A stretch of DNA of 64,000 bases from Elsinoe ampelina (lineage: Eukaryota): positions 912,155 through 976,154 of the forward strand of contig ML992511.1 in NCBI GenBank assembly GCA_010093995.1, in the 5' to 3' direction. Shown here in pieces: positions 1 through 12,741 of the stretch; the first letter of the stretch is position 1; every line of letters begins with the position of its first letter. The notes beneath the pieces were generated by a model. It made no database searches. It saw nothing but the letters and a program-made list of their open reading frames with translations, and had not been told where the DNA came from. A program made the position numbers and the translations under genes.

Positions 1-752
1 GAGTGATTGCTCCTGCTGGTGGAAATTGAGGTCTTCATGGTCGGAAGAGGTTGTACGCTGGGGCTACCGCGCTCAGCTCGTGTAATGGGGCCAATCCAGA
101 GACGCAGAGAGCGATGAGTGAGTCGCGTTTGCCGCGGTCGGCATCATGTCTCGCGGGATGTGCACTACTGCGCCACCACGCCGCATGAGTGACTGGTCAG
201 GTGAATCGCCGTGCCGTTGCATGGATACTGTCTCCAGGCAAAATACTGTGCCCCATAGTCACTCGATCGCCCGGGGGGTCAATCAGGGCAGACTGCTCGT
301 CTGCTGTGGTGAAGTAGGTACACAATGGTGGAGAGGATGTTTCCCGGTACATGCAAGAGGATAGTGTCGAAAGGACAAAGGAGGACAAGGGATCAAATAC
401 CTCCTGCTTGATTGAAAGCTGCTCCATCGCGTCTCGTTACTCACTTGCCTGTCATTGTATCCGGTGCAGTCGATACTCTTTCGTGCGGCCAGACTTCCAG
501 AAGAGCTGAGCAATCGTTGTGCTCTTCACACAACGGTGTTAATTTCTGGGCGACACAGTCGTTCTTGACGATTGATCTCATAAAGTGAACCCAAGAATGA
601 AGACGCAAGGTCTCAAGCTGCATCTTTCGGCACCATAGAATGTACTATAATGACGGTAGGGAAGTGTTCATGGACCAGCACTCAATGCGGACACGTGACT
701 TTGTGCTTTTCTGGAGCGAAACCAATCTGCGGCTCTCGATGCCCACAATGTA

Positions 753-793
753 ACGTGCGCCATGGGGCTTTGCAGGGCTCCCCCCTTTGCAGG
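753..793 (+). repeat. Left TIR of the pogo/Fot1 element
   Basis: ACGTGCGCCATGGGGCTTTGCAGGGCTCCCCCCTTTGCAGG; contains two internal CTTTGCAGG direct repeats. Confidence 0.95.
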
Positions 794-1500
794 CCCACTG
801 TGGCGAGCTCGCTTGTTTTACTCGATATAGACACGGGCCGCGTCATGCCGAGAAGCGATGCCAATTAGAGCTCCAGAAACTTCGCCGATATCTAGCTTAA
901 ATAGGCAATTAAGATCTCTATAGCTTTGCTCGACAGCTTTAACTCCTCTAGCCTAAACACTAAATTATGCCCCCCTCTAGAACTACTAACACACGCTGTA
1001 AAAAGGCAATTTAAGCTACAATTAATAAGTACTATACTAGTGAATACCCTCTAAGCTTTAAAGAGCTTGCCTAGCGCTATCTAGGTGTTACTATAATAAC
1101 TCTATTATACTATATTTAGGGCCTTTATAATTCTTAGTTAGAAGGAGCTATACTATAGTAATAACTTACTCCTATATAAGAGAGCGCTCTAGTTAGCTAC
1201 ATCGAGTATCTAATTAATAGCGGATATTCTCCTAACTATAGTGTAATTAGTAAGCTTACTAATTAAATTATCTAGTATAACTAGATTAATAACCCCTCTC
1301 TCCCTTAATAGTCTTAGCCTTAGCCTATTAGTAAAAACTAGCCTTATAAGTTTCTTAAATAGCATCTAGAACTCTCTCTTAAGTATATCTATATACTAGA
1401 TAGTAAAAGGGCAAATAAGAACTAAGATCTAGCTTTAATTACCTTATAGTTTAAGACGCTAAAGACTATAATTAAGCGCTATAATATTAACTCTTATAAC

Positions 1501-2016
1501 ATCTATAACATAGACAAGACTAGCTATATAATAGGTTAAATAGGAGTAGTATAGTTAGTAATTAAGAGAGATATATAGATAGTAGTTTATTATTAACCTA
1601 GTAATCGAATATAGGCTATAACGATTAAAACACTTAGTAATACTAGCTATTAGATCCCTCTATATATTATTCTTAAGGGCGCTAATATTAACGTTAATTA
1701 GGGCTACTAGCTTGCTTAACTCTTACTATAAGATAGTATATAAAAAGGTAAGATTATAGTCTTAAGTAATAGCTAGTTAGATAAGAATTATATAGTTAAG
1801 TAGCTCTACCTATTTTGCTACTATACTTGACCTTACTATCTAAACTTAACTAAGAAGGTAAAAGAGAAAGATCTCTAGCACTATAAAAGGCTACTTATAA
1901 TAGATAGCTATAGCACTTATAAGTCGCTCTCCTTCTTATTAATTACTCGTAGTAAAGGAGTTATTCTTCTTATACTACCTTTATACTTAATATACCTCCT
2001 CTAGCCTTTAGATATA
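1501..2016 (+). pseudogene. RIP-degenerate DD35D transposase catalytic core (full ORF boundaries not resolvable)
   Basis: Reversing C>T/G>A changes gives, in a single frame, IYN[M]D[E]T[G] (1501-1524), RLLIxD[G][H]ST[H] (1888-1920) and LP[P][H][S][T][H]LL[Q]PLD[V] (1975-2016). There are 35 residues between the second and third Asp. Confidence 0.9.
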
Positions 2017-3429
2017 TTAATTTTTGCTACTTTAAAAGTAGCTTATTATTAAGAGATTTAAGCTAAGGCCTTCTACGTAGTTAATTAGATATTATATACT
2101 AGATTTATTAAGGCTTATTTAAATATCTACGATATAATATTTAATTACGACACTTAAATAGAAGCCTTTAAGGCTACTAGTATCTAGCCTTATAATCTAC
2201 ACTATATGCTTAATCGACTTAATAAGCCTTTAATATTAAACTTATAACTATATAACAATAGCTCTCTACTAAATGTTACTCTCTTTAGTCTTAATACTAC
2301 TTCTTAAACTTAATATTACTTTAACTACTAGCTTAAGTAACTATAGTATCTTACTAATCTCTTAGTAGAGGTAATAGTAGAGAAGCTTTAAAAGGGGTAT
2401 AGCCTTACGCTTAACACTAATATACTTCTTTATAAGAGAGTAGCTAAGTTAGAAGAGTAAGTAAGAACTAAGAAAATAAGGCTAAAAAATGTAACTTAAG
2501 CTAGTACTTATATACTTAATATAGAAGACTTTATTAAAAGGCATAAATAGTAGTAGCTATTAGAGAAGCTAGAAGAGGAGGCTTATATTACTTATAATTA
2601 ACATTAGTAAGCTTAAAAGTACCTCTAATACTATAAGTTACTATTTAGCTATTAAGACTTATATACTTAAATAGTATAAAGTACTTATAAGTAGCTAAGA
2701 AAGTAACACCTTAAGGCTATCTTCTAGCGTAATAATTATAAGAAGAAGATTAAGCCTTTAAAGACCTTATCTAACTTATAATCTAACTTATAATCTAGTA
2801 CTTAGCTAAGTAGTTAAAGGCTAGCTAAAAAGAGGAGGCGTATAAACTCTTTAGCAAATTCTTTATATTAATCTTTACCTCCTTTATTATACTAACCTTC
2901 TCCGTTACTAACACTACTACTAGTCTTTATAATGTCTCTCTAGTCTTATTAGTCTTTAATATTCTCCTTCTCCTTTCTAGTACTACCTTTTATGCTATTA
3001 CTACTCTCTCTAGCCTTACTAGCTCTTCCTCTAGCCTTACTAATACCTCTCCCTTCGATTTTACAACTCTTACCTTAATTATAAAGAGCTTAGAGACTAC
3101 TATAGAAAGTAGTTAGCTAGAGTACTTAGAGTACTTAGCCTTTAAGCACTTAAAGCACTTAGCTTCTAGAAGTGCTAGATAGTTAAGAGTTATAAACAAC
3201 GCCTTTATACAATAGCTAGTAGTAGATTAAGCCTATTATACCTTTTTTAAGCTTTAATTTTTAAGCCTCTAAGAGCTAGCCTATACTACCTTTATCTAGC
3301 TTTACGTTTTTAAGCCTTAAGAAGAAACTGCACAAGGGTTTTAAGCCCGCCAAGATATGTTCAGACCCGCCAAAAAGACGCCTTTTTACACACGCTAACG
3401 GGCGGCGATCCTACTCTCGATTCGGCAAC

Positions 3430-3470
3430 CCTGCAAAGGGGGAAGCCCTGCAAAGCCCCATGGCGCACGT
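3430..3470 (-). repeat. Right TIR of the pogo/Fot1 element
   Basis: Reverse complement of 753-793 with one transition mismatch. Confidence 0.95.
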
Positions 3471-6430
3471 TACCTCGGCAAAAAAAGAACCCCCACCTTG
3501 TCTCGGGCGAAAACAATTCGGAGATCGGATACATCGTCACTTTTCGGCGACTTTGGTTCCACAAGCTGTTCCTGAAACGCCATCGAACGGTTCTAGAATT
3601 GCCAGGTAGCTATAGACCACTTTCTCGAAGACTGATACGAATCATGTCACAGAAACTTGGTTCCGCCAGCCTCATCAAGCTTAAGCGACATTTCAAGGTT
3701 CATGTCAGGAACAGGTAGGTTTGAACATGGCTAGATAATCATAGCCAAACCTGTGAATGTCAAGAGTTTGGGCAGTCTGAAGGCGAGCACCGAAATTGGC
3801 CTCCCACCATGTCGTCGCGCGAACCGTGAGTAATCACGTCGGTCAGTATCATCCTCGCGACATGTGGCGTAACACAAGGCAGTGGGATAGCAAGCGTGGG
3901 ATTACAAGGGTCCTTTCATCTTTTGTTCTGGCTTGTCCTTGGTGTCCAAATCCCGTCAGCAGTCATGAGGCGTTTCTTCTGGCTGCGTCGGTTAGAGAAG
4001 ACCCCTCATGCAGGGCACTGGCCGGGCATCACATGCGTTATTGCGGCTTAGAGGAACGGTCTTGCTACCGACGCGGGATATACCAATGGCGGACTTGCAC
4101 GTTAATGAAGCAGAGAGCAGATCCATTGGCATTACCCTCGCCTGGATATCATAACACCAAAAAGGAGATATGCCATGACAGGCGATCCTCGTAGGGATCC
4201 CCGAGACGGCCAAATGATCGGCACAAACACAGGTCATTCGTGGCGGCAACCAGATTTCCTGAACGATTGGCCGGTCAAGATAGGCCAGTCTTAGTATAGA
4301 CCCTTGTAATATCAAGGAGGTTTGGCAAAATTGTGGAGCAAACTTGGTATGCAGAAGAGTCTCCATGGAAGGACATGCGGTTCATTGGTGCCAACTGATT
4401 GCGTGCCCGGGATACGAAGCGGTACCAGGCGGACGAATACAGAAAAAGCGTGGAAGCTTCTGCCGTCAGAGGGCGTCTGCAGGTACTCGTCACGCCCATA
4501 TCACGCACGGCCCTACTTCAAAACTGGACAAGCTTGTGGTCAGACCGGTCGATGCATCTGACGAATAGATTGCTCGCATCTATATTGAGGCTTAGTTGAG
4601 GATCCGGAAAGTTCAGACCTGGAAATTCAGAGGTGCAATCGGAGTAAGCGAAGGTCCAAGCCCTGAAGGATGCCATGCGTGCACAACAGTCGGCGCATGA
4701 AGCTTGCTTTTCCCTTGTGAAGCACACTGCACGACCGTTATCAGTGGATAGGGCAAAGTTGGCCAACCCACGGCGCCGAACTGCGAGAAGTAGATCTACC
4801 TTTGGACGCCGTGTTGCTAGCAGTGGGGTAGACAAGTTTTGTGGCAAGACAAGCGAGTCAGTGGCACTGAGGGCAAACACGGCCTGTCAGGAACCCCCGA
4901 GGCTGCACTCCACCCTGCAGACCTGCACACTCCTCATGATGCGCACGCGAAATAGCGATGTGCGCACGAGGCCGCAGATGAACAAGCTTGGTTTGTTACT
5001 AACCATGGGGGATCTCCACGTCTAATCTCGAGCGCGTACATTGATGAGCGCATCTCGACCGCGTCGAAATTAAGGATAGCATGACTAGTATCGTCGAGGT
5101 ACCAGGAACCTCGATAGGCGAGCCATCACAAGATGCGAGGGAAGAGAAGTGGCAGGACCCGGGATGACGAGCAGAACGAGGCGTCAAAATGCCGCTGGCA
5201 AGCGGTGAGCAGGCCGGTCAACTTCTCCTCTTCCTGCCTGCATGCATGCCAAGCACAAGGGTCCTCATCTAATCCATCAGCGCGACCCCAAATCGCCTGG
5301 CGGACTCTTGCGAGGGGATGCTGGGGTGCTCGAATCATGGGTCGTCTCTTGACAAAGGGCATCACGCAACGACTTGCTTTGATCGACGACCGGCTGGTTC
5401 ATTTCAACGGATGCACAAGCGGCCGCCCATGGGCTCAATACAGCGACGATGCTACCGTGTGGCACCAGGAATAACAGGCTAAACAACCACAAGGACGGCT
5501 CGAAGCAGTAAACCCACAAAGCTTCTGCACAGCCCTCGGTGTGATTTTCATTCACGGCTCCTCTGGTTTGAACGGTCGCACATGCGCTGGTAACGGGTCG
5601 AAAGTTACACTGCATTCACATCTTTCAGAACCTGAGGAGGTTACTAGACCAAAAGCACGTCGAGATCCGCGGGGGCAGTCCTGCAATTGAACGGGACCGA
5701 CGACTGACCAGTGAGCATCCATGTTCAGGACAGCGCGAGTGGGAGCGGCGGACGAGAGGGAGCGGGCCATCATCCATGCGGGACATCTGTGCGCGAGATA
5801 ACGAAATGGAATCCGTTCGGCACACCTCCTCGTACAGGGCAGCCGATTGGTGCATTCCATGTCAGACAGATCAACCGCCGAGACTGGTCGTCAAAGCTTC
5901 TATACGCCAATGGCACGCTCGACCCTGCAGAGAAGATGCAGGCGAACCTTTGCTCCGCTTCCAATTGTCTTGTCGTCCAGCGGGGGAGAGCGACCGTCAC
6001 TTTCCACTGCAGCTTGTCGTGCAGAGGACGTGGGTGGCTTTTGCCCTTAACCACTCCATATCCCACGTCACAAACCTTCTTCGCACTTGTCAGTCTCCAC
6101 GATTGCCCGTCTAGATCGCTTCCCGTTTCTATCGTTGCGATCCATTTTGACAGGTTCGACTCTGCTCAAACTGCTCTTTTCAACAGGTCATGTAGACGGC
6201 CTTGACTCTTGTTACAAGACCTGTCTAATTTACCCAATTCTCCTCGACACGCCACTTTTCGTTCCCAGGGGTTTGATCGACGTCCTTTACTCATCTGCCT
6301 CGCCCACTCTTGCCCTGAGGTCGAGGACTGGCTGGATCCACAAATTTCCATCTTCTTCATCTTTGCCCTCACCGACGCCCTCGTCAGACCTTCTGCGAGA
6401 GCGTTACTCACCACACTTTAAACCTTCAGC

Positions 6431-8995
6431 ATGGCCGCAGCAGACGTGCAAGCTCCAGCCTTGGAGCCAAAAAGCAATGCTGCTCCAAGAAAGCGGAGAC
6501 GACGAGCAGCTGCATCTGGTGCTGCTGAGGACTGCTTCACCTGTCGGAAACGATCAACTCAGTGCGACAGGAAACGACCCTACTGCAGTCAATGTCTGGA
6601 GACTGGAAAGGAATGCTCTGGTTACCGTACGACTTTGACGTGGGGTGTGGGCGTGGCTTCTCGCGGAAAGCTGCGAGGTCTTTCATGCCCTGTGGCTGGT
6701 CGTCCAGTTGCCGAAGTCAAGACTGAACCCCAAGCACACCGCCGCAAGACGTCTTCAGCAAGCACTACGAGCAATGGGAATGATTCGAATTTGTCTTCCT
6801 CGCTGCCAAACGGACAGTCGACATTCAACTTCGCCTCGAGTCTCCCCACACTTCCCGAGAGCCAACCTATCAAGATCGAGCACCCACGGCACCATCTACC
6901 ACCTCCTCCTCTACGCCTCGACATACCTGCCATGGCTCCAGGCTGGCCTGCAGCTCCGTTCGCTCACCCCATGATGCACCAGGACCTTCAACGAGGATCC
7001 TATCCACCTTCTCCCATGCATTTGGGTATTCCGCCCATGCAGCAACCATTTCTTTCACCTGGTCACGACTCTGCATTTCCTACTTCCGCTCACTCTGTAA
7101 CAACATTCAGCGAAACTGGTTTCATGACGCCTCACGAATTTCCACCAACCCCAGCTTCTTACGCATTTAGCGAGCAAATGCCACCATACCCCTACAGCTC
7201 TGTTGATTCGCTTCCTCCATCTCTCGACTCTGCAGTTCTTGCTACCGATATTCAATCTTCTTATCAAAGCAATTCACCTCTCTACCACAATGGTTCTCCT
7301 CACAGCACAGGACACGGCTCGGAACACAGCTACCACGATCCCATGACGAACATGGATAGAACCCCTCAACCCTCGGTCGTCCCCGAAGAGTTTCGCACTC
7401 ATGGACCGATCCCTCCGCCAGCTCACGACGAGGTCTTCCAGCAATTCGAGATGACCATCGACGACATGATGTCCACCCAGGACCAGCAAGAGGAGAAACC
7501 GGAACATCAAGGCATGGAGCTCCAGCTCACCCGCCCTGTATATAACAACCAGTTCTTCCATCTTTCTTCCAGGATGCAGTCTCTCCTCGACTTTTATGAC
7601 AAGCATATTTGCTCAGTCCTTGTAGCATTCGATGGTCCCACCAATCCATACAGAGCACATGTGCTCAGTCTAGCAACACACAACGAAGGTCTTCAGCACG
7701 CAATCGCTGCGCTGGCTACAAACAACATCAGGATGCGCAGCCAAAAGCATCTTCAAGCTCCTGGCTTCGTTGAGGAGCTTAGCGAGGAAGGTCCAGATGC
7801 GCTCAAGGATCGCTCGGAGCCCAGCCCCGAGGAAACCCTCTACAAGGCCATGTCTATCGATCAACTCAATATGCAGCTCGCTCACCCTGGAAGTGTCGAT
7901 GACGACTCGGTGCTCGCCACCCTTCTCATCCTCTGTCTCTTCCACGTGTGCGACTCTGGCTTCTCCAAGTTCAAGACTCAACTCGCTGGCGTGCAAAAGC
8001 TGCTGCAATTGCGCGGCCCTGCAGGTCAGTCCGGCTTCATTGGCTGGGTTCAGATGTTCTTCACTTGGTTTGATGTCATGAGCTCCACTGTCAATGATCG
8101 GGAGACCGAAATTGAGAACGACAGCCTCGATATGCTGGACTTCTCGACCGACCTTGGTGCCCTGGAGCAGTTCTCGGGTTGTGACGGACGTCTCTTCAAG
8201 CTCATCGCTCGTCTTGGTCGTCTCAATCTTCTTGCTCAGGACCGCCCAGTCCGCAACAAGAAGCCCACCGCCGATGCACCAGCCACCAAGCACTACCAGA
8301 ACCAATGGCGCCAACCAGCTCGCAACATGACTCCCCGAGCTGTCAAGCCCGATGACTACTACCGCATGGACGGCAATGGATGGACCACCCCTCTCGACGA
8401 CTACGAGTCCGACTCTTTCATGCCCTCTACCTACCAATACCCCGACTCTCGTACCGAGTTCTGGACCGAATGGCACGACATCCGCTCCAGGCTGCAGTCC
8501 TGGAGCATGGACTACAACAGTATCCCCGGTCCATCCGCTCCGAGTGGCGCCATCTCCAGCTCTTCCTCCCTCGGCCCCGAACAGCGCGACCTCGTGCACA
8601 TTAACGAATCCTTCCGCTCCTCCGCCCTCCTCTACACCGAACGCCTCGCCAATCCTCACCTGCCCTCCTCGGCCCCCAACTTCCAACAACTCGTCGCCCA
8701 AGGCCTATTTCACATTACCGCCCTCAGCATCACCAGCTGCGTCAACAAGTTCCTCCTCTGGCCCCTCTTCATCATCGGCACGGAATGCGTCGACATCTCT
8801 CACCGCGCCACGGTGCGCAGTCGCTGCGTCGAGATCCAGCGCGAGAGCGGCTTCTTCAACAACCTTTCCGTTCTGGAGGTGTTGGAGCGCGCGTGGAGGG
8901 AGCCCGAGACGAGCCCGGACTTTGGTTGTGCGCAGCAGGCTTTTAAGTGGAGGAAAGCGATGGATAGGGTGGACGGGGAGTATATCGTTGTGTGA
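6431..8995 (+). CDS. acr-2: Zn(II)2Cys6 transcription factor with fungal-specific TF domain, acriflavine-sensitivity control protein Acr-2-like (854 aa, no intron needed)
   Basis: CFTCRKRSTQCDRKRPYCSQCLETGKEC binuclear cluster followed by LTWGVGVASRGKLRG; C-terminal LLWPLFIIGTEC motif. Confidence 0.85.
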   Translation: MAAADVQAPALEPKSNAAPRKRRRRAAASGAAEDCFTCRKRSTQCDRKRPYCSQCLETGKECSGYRTTLTWGVGVASRGKLRGLSCPVAGRPVAEVKTEPQAHRRKTSSASTTSNGNDSNLSSSLPNGQSTFNFASSLPTLPESQPIKIEHPRHHLPPPPLRLDIPAMAPGWPAAPFAHPMMHQDLQRGSYPPSPMHLGIPPMQQPFLSPGHDSAFPTSAHSVTTFSETGFMTPHEFPPTPASYAFSEQMPPYPYSSVDSLPPSLDSAVLATDIQSSYQSNSPLYHNGSPHSTGHGSEHSYHDPMTNMDRTPQPSVVPEEFRTHGPIPPPAHDEVFQQFEMTIDDMMSTQDQQEEKPEHQGMELQLTRPVYNNQFFHLSSRMQSLLDFYDKHICSVLVAFDGPTNPYRAHVLSLATHNEGLQHAIAALATNNIRMRSQKHLQAPGFVEELSEEGPDALKDRSEPSPEETLYKAMSIDQLNMQLAHPGSVDDDSVLATLLILCLFHVCDSGFSKFKTQLAGVQKLLQLRGPAGQSGFIGWVQMFFTWFDVMSSTVNDRETEIENDSLDMLDFSTDLGALEQFSGCDGRLFKLIARLGRLNLLAQDRPVRNKKPTADAPATKHYQNQWRQPARNMTPRAVKPDDYYRMDGNGWTTPLDDYESDSFMPSTYQYPDSRTEFWTEWHDIRSRLQSWSMDYNSIPGPSAPSGAISSSSSLGPEQRDLVHINESFRSSALLYTERLANPHLPSSAPNFQQLVAQGLFHITALSITSCVNKFLLWPLFIIGTECVDISHRATVRSRCVEIQRESGFFNNLSVLEVLERAWREPETSPDFGCAQQAFKWRKAMDRVDGEYIVV

Positions 8996-11294
8996 GACTG
9001 AGGAGGTCCATTGTATATTCTTGTCATGTTTACGTTGGATGAATTTGCTTGTCATGATGGGGGAATTATGAGATTGTTCCTGATGACAAAAAGAAAGGCT
9101 TCGCTCGAGATCAAGCGGGTTTCTGTATATATTTGCAATGGATGGATGTGTATACGCATGGGTTCTTCCCGATGCCCACGAATGTGAATGTGATGCTTCG
9201 ACTCTTCATACGGAGGGAGCATGAGGGAGGTAGAGGCGGTGAATCACGTGATCTTTCATGGTGCTCCCGAAGTCGGAGCATGGAACTTTCCACCGGCGCG
9301 TTGCTATTCTTCCACGCTGTCCCAACTAAACTTCCTCCTTCTTCTTCATACGACCCGTCTCATACCGGGTCCCATCGCCACTAAGACGGCGCAATGGATC
9401 GCCATCGCATGCACGTCAAGCTTTGGGGGAAATCCTCGGCACGGCCGAGGTGTGCTACACCATATGCAGAGCTGGACTAGTCGACTTTGTCGTCCAATGA
9501 AGATGAAGCTGCCTTTCAGCTGAAATGGCCAGCCGAGCGGTCCACAGTCCGCCACTCGACCTGACATTGACGATAATCACAAGGCGTTTGCAACACTCAT
9601 CGTCTACAAAAGGTTCTTCGCTGTGCCTGCCTGGTGTGCGAAAGTGCGTGCAACTTGCGCGACCGCTTCGCCCTTCCTAACTCAATGGAAATGAGCCAGC
9701 CACTCGAGCTATGGCATCAGCTCGGCGCTCCCGCGGCGGTTGTGAGGTCGGCATCATCTGCGCCATTGGTACCGAGGAAGTCGCCGTGTTGGCAATGGTA
9801 GATGAGCGACATCCTCAAATCCAGACGCCAGCAACAGATCAGATTGCCTACGGATACGGTACCATTTGCTCGATCAACATCGTGATCGCTTGCCTCCCGG
9901 TTGGTACTTCCGGGAAAACCACGCATGAAGTCAGGAGTCGAGGTGCAGGCTGATTGCTCAGGGTCAAGCTGGTAGTTGAGCGGTTACTTCAAATGTACCG
10001 AGCAGGCAAAGTGGTAAACGATGCACAGCAAGATGAAACAAGTACCGCGAGAGCTTCGTGGGAACTACCAGGGCCTGTTGGACAGCCATCTACTCGAGGT
10101 TTTAGACGATGCAATGCTCTCCACGCAATCGGCCCCATTCGGAGCCTGGCCTCTTACGCCCGATGAGCTTCATGCCGCTCTGGTCTGCGAGACATTGTGT
10201 GTGAGAGGCGATGATATCAGGGAATGCTTCCATGGCAACGACGGGCGCGAGTCCTGCCAGGGCCTTATCGAAATGCTCAGTGACAACGATGATATCGGGT
10301 CCGGTGCTGAGCTACCCGATATTGTACTCAGTCAAAGTGTAAGCGATGACAACCTCTACATCTTCGATCAGGAGGTCCAAGATCGGACGAGTAGCCTCGT
10401 GCCAGAATTGCGTCCTCTCATGCTCGTTCTGTTTTGTGATAGGTATCCCATCACCGGGCCTGCTGATGGATCGCAGTGGATTCAAGGCGAACACTTCGTT
10501 CAAACCAAATGTCATGGTCACTTGACTCTTTGCCTCCATTGCGGTTGGGACATGTGCCTCTGCATAAGCCACATGAGCTGAATATTCATGCGCACACGCC
10601 GTCACATCGGTACAGGGGTATACAGGGGCAAGAAATTTGAGTATCGGCTCACCATAGGCCTGAGGTCGGAACACTTTGTCCATGAGCGCACACCTGAATG
10701 ACGAAATGACCACGGGAGTAATTGGTCAGGCAACGTGGTCAGAGACAGTCCTCGTACAAAGTAATGCCTACCAGACCATGACGCGATACGGCCCGCTAGA
10801 CTGCGCGACGCCGCTATGCGCAGAAGGCATCCTTGGAGACTGGTGTTACGACAGCCGTGGCGTTGCTTAGCCCCGGGTAGCAAGCAAGATCTGGAGCACA
10901 ACACGCTGGCGAATCTGGGCCGATGGCGTGGCAATTCCACCCGGCGACTTACTTTCGTATTCCGGCCGGAAAGAGGTTCCGGGCGAGGGCTGAAGGTGAA
11001 GTCAAAAGCCCGACGAACCATGTCAGGGGTGAAGACAAATGACGTGATACTCAGATACCAGTACCTAGGGCTCACGCATATCATTCCGGCAGTGGAGCAG
11101 GAAAGGCGAGAAGAGTCTGACAGGCAATTGATCAATTGACATTCAGGTGGGGTGGCAACGATGACAGTGGTAGTACATTACAATTAACGAGAGTCCACTT
11201 TTCTTCTAAAAGTACAAGATAATACAAAGGATCGACGCACAAGGAAAATCATGCCGAGCTCCCCCATCTCCTCCCTTGGCTCTCAAACGGCTCT

Positions 11295-11732
11295 CTACTG
11301 CGCACAAGCAACCAGCGTGTAATCATTGTTGCTGCCGCAGGTACGAGTTCTCCCGTCGTAGCCGGTGATAGCCTGGCAGTTCCCATCCGAGCTCTTCAGG
11401 CGGAACTTGGCGCCCGCGAAGGGGTCCCCGTTCACCTGGCTGACGGAGTAGTACAGCGTGGGAGGGGCGTTGGAGAAACCCCAGATCAACTTTGGCGTGT
11501 TGGGGCTGAAGTAGTCCGGGTTGCGGGTGACGCCGAACGAGTTGCCCTGGTTGGCGATGGTTTCGGTGTAGCGCTGGCCGGAGGCGATGGGGCGGGTGGT
11601 GGATTGCTGGTTGGCCCGCGTGATGGTCAGGTAGATGGTGTCGGTGCAGCGGTTCCAGACGACGGCGTTGCCGGCTGCGGCGGTGGAGGCGAGGGCGGCG
11701 GTGAGGAGGGTGAGGGTGGTGGTTAGCTGCAT
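11295..11732 (-). CDS. Small secreted cysteine-containing protein, Bys1-like (145 aa)
   Basis: Hydrophobic signal peptide MQLTTTLTLLTAALASTAAA; mature start GNAVVWNRCTDTIYL resembles Bys1/thaumatin-like N-termini; 4 Cys; strong C-ending codon bias. Confidence 0.7.
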   Translation of the reverse strand: MQLTTTLTLLTAALASTAAAGNAVVWNRCTDTIYLTITRANQQSTTRPIASGQRYTETIANQGNSFGVTRNPDYFSPNTPKLIWGFSNAPPTLYYSVSQVNGDPFAGAKFRLKSSDGNCQAITGYDGRTRTCGSNNDYTLVACAQ

Positions 11733-12741
11733 GTTGGCTGGTGGGGAACGGGAGACTTGGAGTTGGTGTGCGGGTGTAGGTGGACTTGTTGGGGTTCTTG
11801 CTTTGAGTGGTGGAAGTGTGAGATGATGGGGAGAGTCTACCTGGTGGAGATGAGGGAGTTATATACCTTGAGAGCACATGGTCGTTGGTAGCTCGTGCCT
11901 CCTGCGAGGCAGCTATGACAGCATGATCGGAGCTCGAGAATGAGGTTACAGCGGTTTGGGTAGCTTGTGGCGGATAGTTACGAGGTTGTCTCAAAGAAGC
12001 TCCAACCGTTCTGTCTCCGTGCTCGAAGGTGGCATAGCTGAAGAAAAAATGTATAGGATCGGCACGTGCGGTACATGACAAAGAACGTTGCTGCAAGGCA
12101 AGGTACGCCTCTTTCGATAGACTGGAATGACCATCAATTCCATCTGTCAGTAGCGCGTCCTGCACGACTGTCGAGGAAGCGTCACTTGCAGAGCTGTAAT
12201 TATGCGGACCGTTGCAGAGCCTCGGACGATCTTCGACGGTGATGGCCAACGGGGTCTTTCAGATGGGCAAAAATAGATGAGACAGGGTAGGGAAAGATGG
12301 AAATAGATACTGCAAATCTCCAAGCGAAAGAGGGTCGGTCACCGTTGTGATCGGTAAGATGATCACATTGAGCCACTGGCATGGTAGGACGAAGAATACA
12401 TCAGGGGATGAGCTGCATACGGTGGAAAGTGTGAGACCCAGATCTGCATCCACAGCGGCCGTGCTGTACATTGATCTGCAACATGATCTCGTATTCATGC
12501 GCTTGCTCGACCGCTAGATTGACTCTGGAATGAAGGGAAGAAGGTCATTTGACCTCAAAGGGCCGCAATGGTAAAGTTTTGGATGAGGGGCAAGAGAGGG
12601 GGAAACCAAGGGAGAGCGAGGGAAGTGACGAAGTCAGCGGGAAGCGGGAGAAGTCAGCGCCAAGCCCGGCGGATCGTCTCCCGAGCATACGAGTAAAAAC
12701 TGCATCGAGCTATTGACCATGAACTCAACGACTAGTCTTTC

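Larger units (their letters stand above)
753..3470 (+). mobile_element. Tc1/mariner-superfamily DNA transposon (pogo/Fot1 family), full-length (2718 bp) and RIP-inactivated
   Basis: 41-bp terminal inverted repeats (753-793 / 3430-3470, 40/41 identical) with TA on both sides (751-752, 3471-3472). The interior is very AT/TpA-rich and contains degenerate DDD transposase motifs, all in one frame. Confidence 0.95.

Noticed and set aside
1..750. Short minus-strand ORFs and a GTGAGT donor-like site left of the transposon
   Set aside because: No coherent gene model or recognisable motif
650..868. ORFs 650-868 (+) and 3361-3564 (-) sharing the peptide NVRHGALQGxPLCR
   Set aside because: These are translations of the transposon TIRs, not genes
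3473..6430. Many short ORFs, including same-frame minus ORFs 4518-4880 and 4275-4508, and an ATG-TAG at 6190
   Set aside because: No recognisable domain; cannot be distinguished from long intergenic or 5' regulatory DNA
7670..9071. Long antisense and alternate-frame ORFs over the acr-2-like gene
   Set aside because: Shadow ORFs caused by codon bias of the real gene
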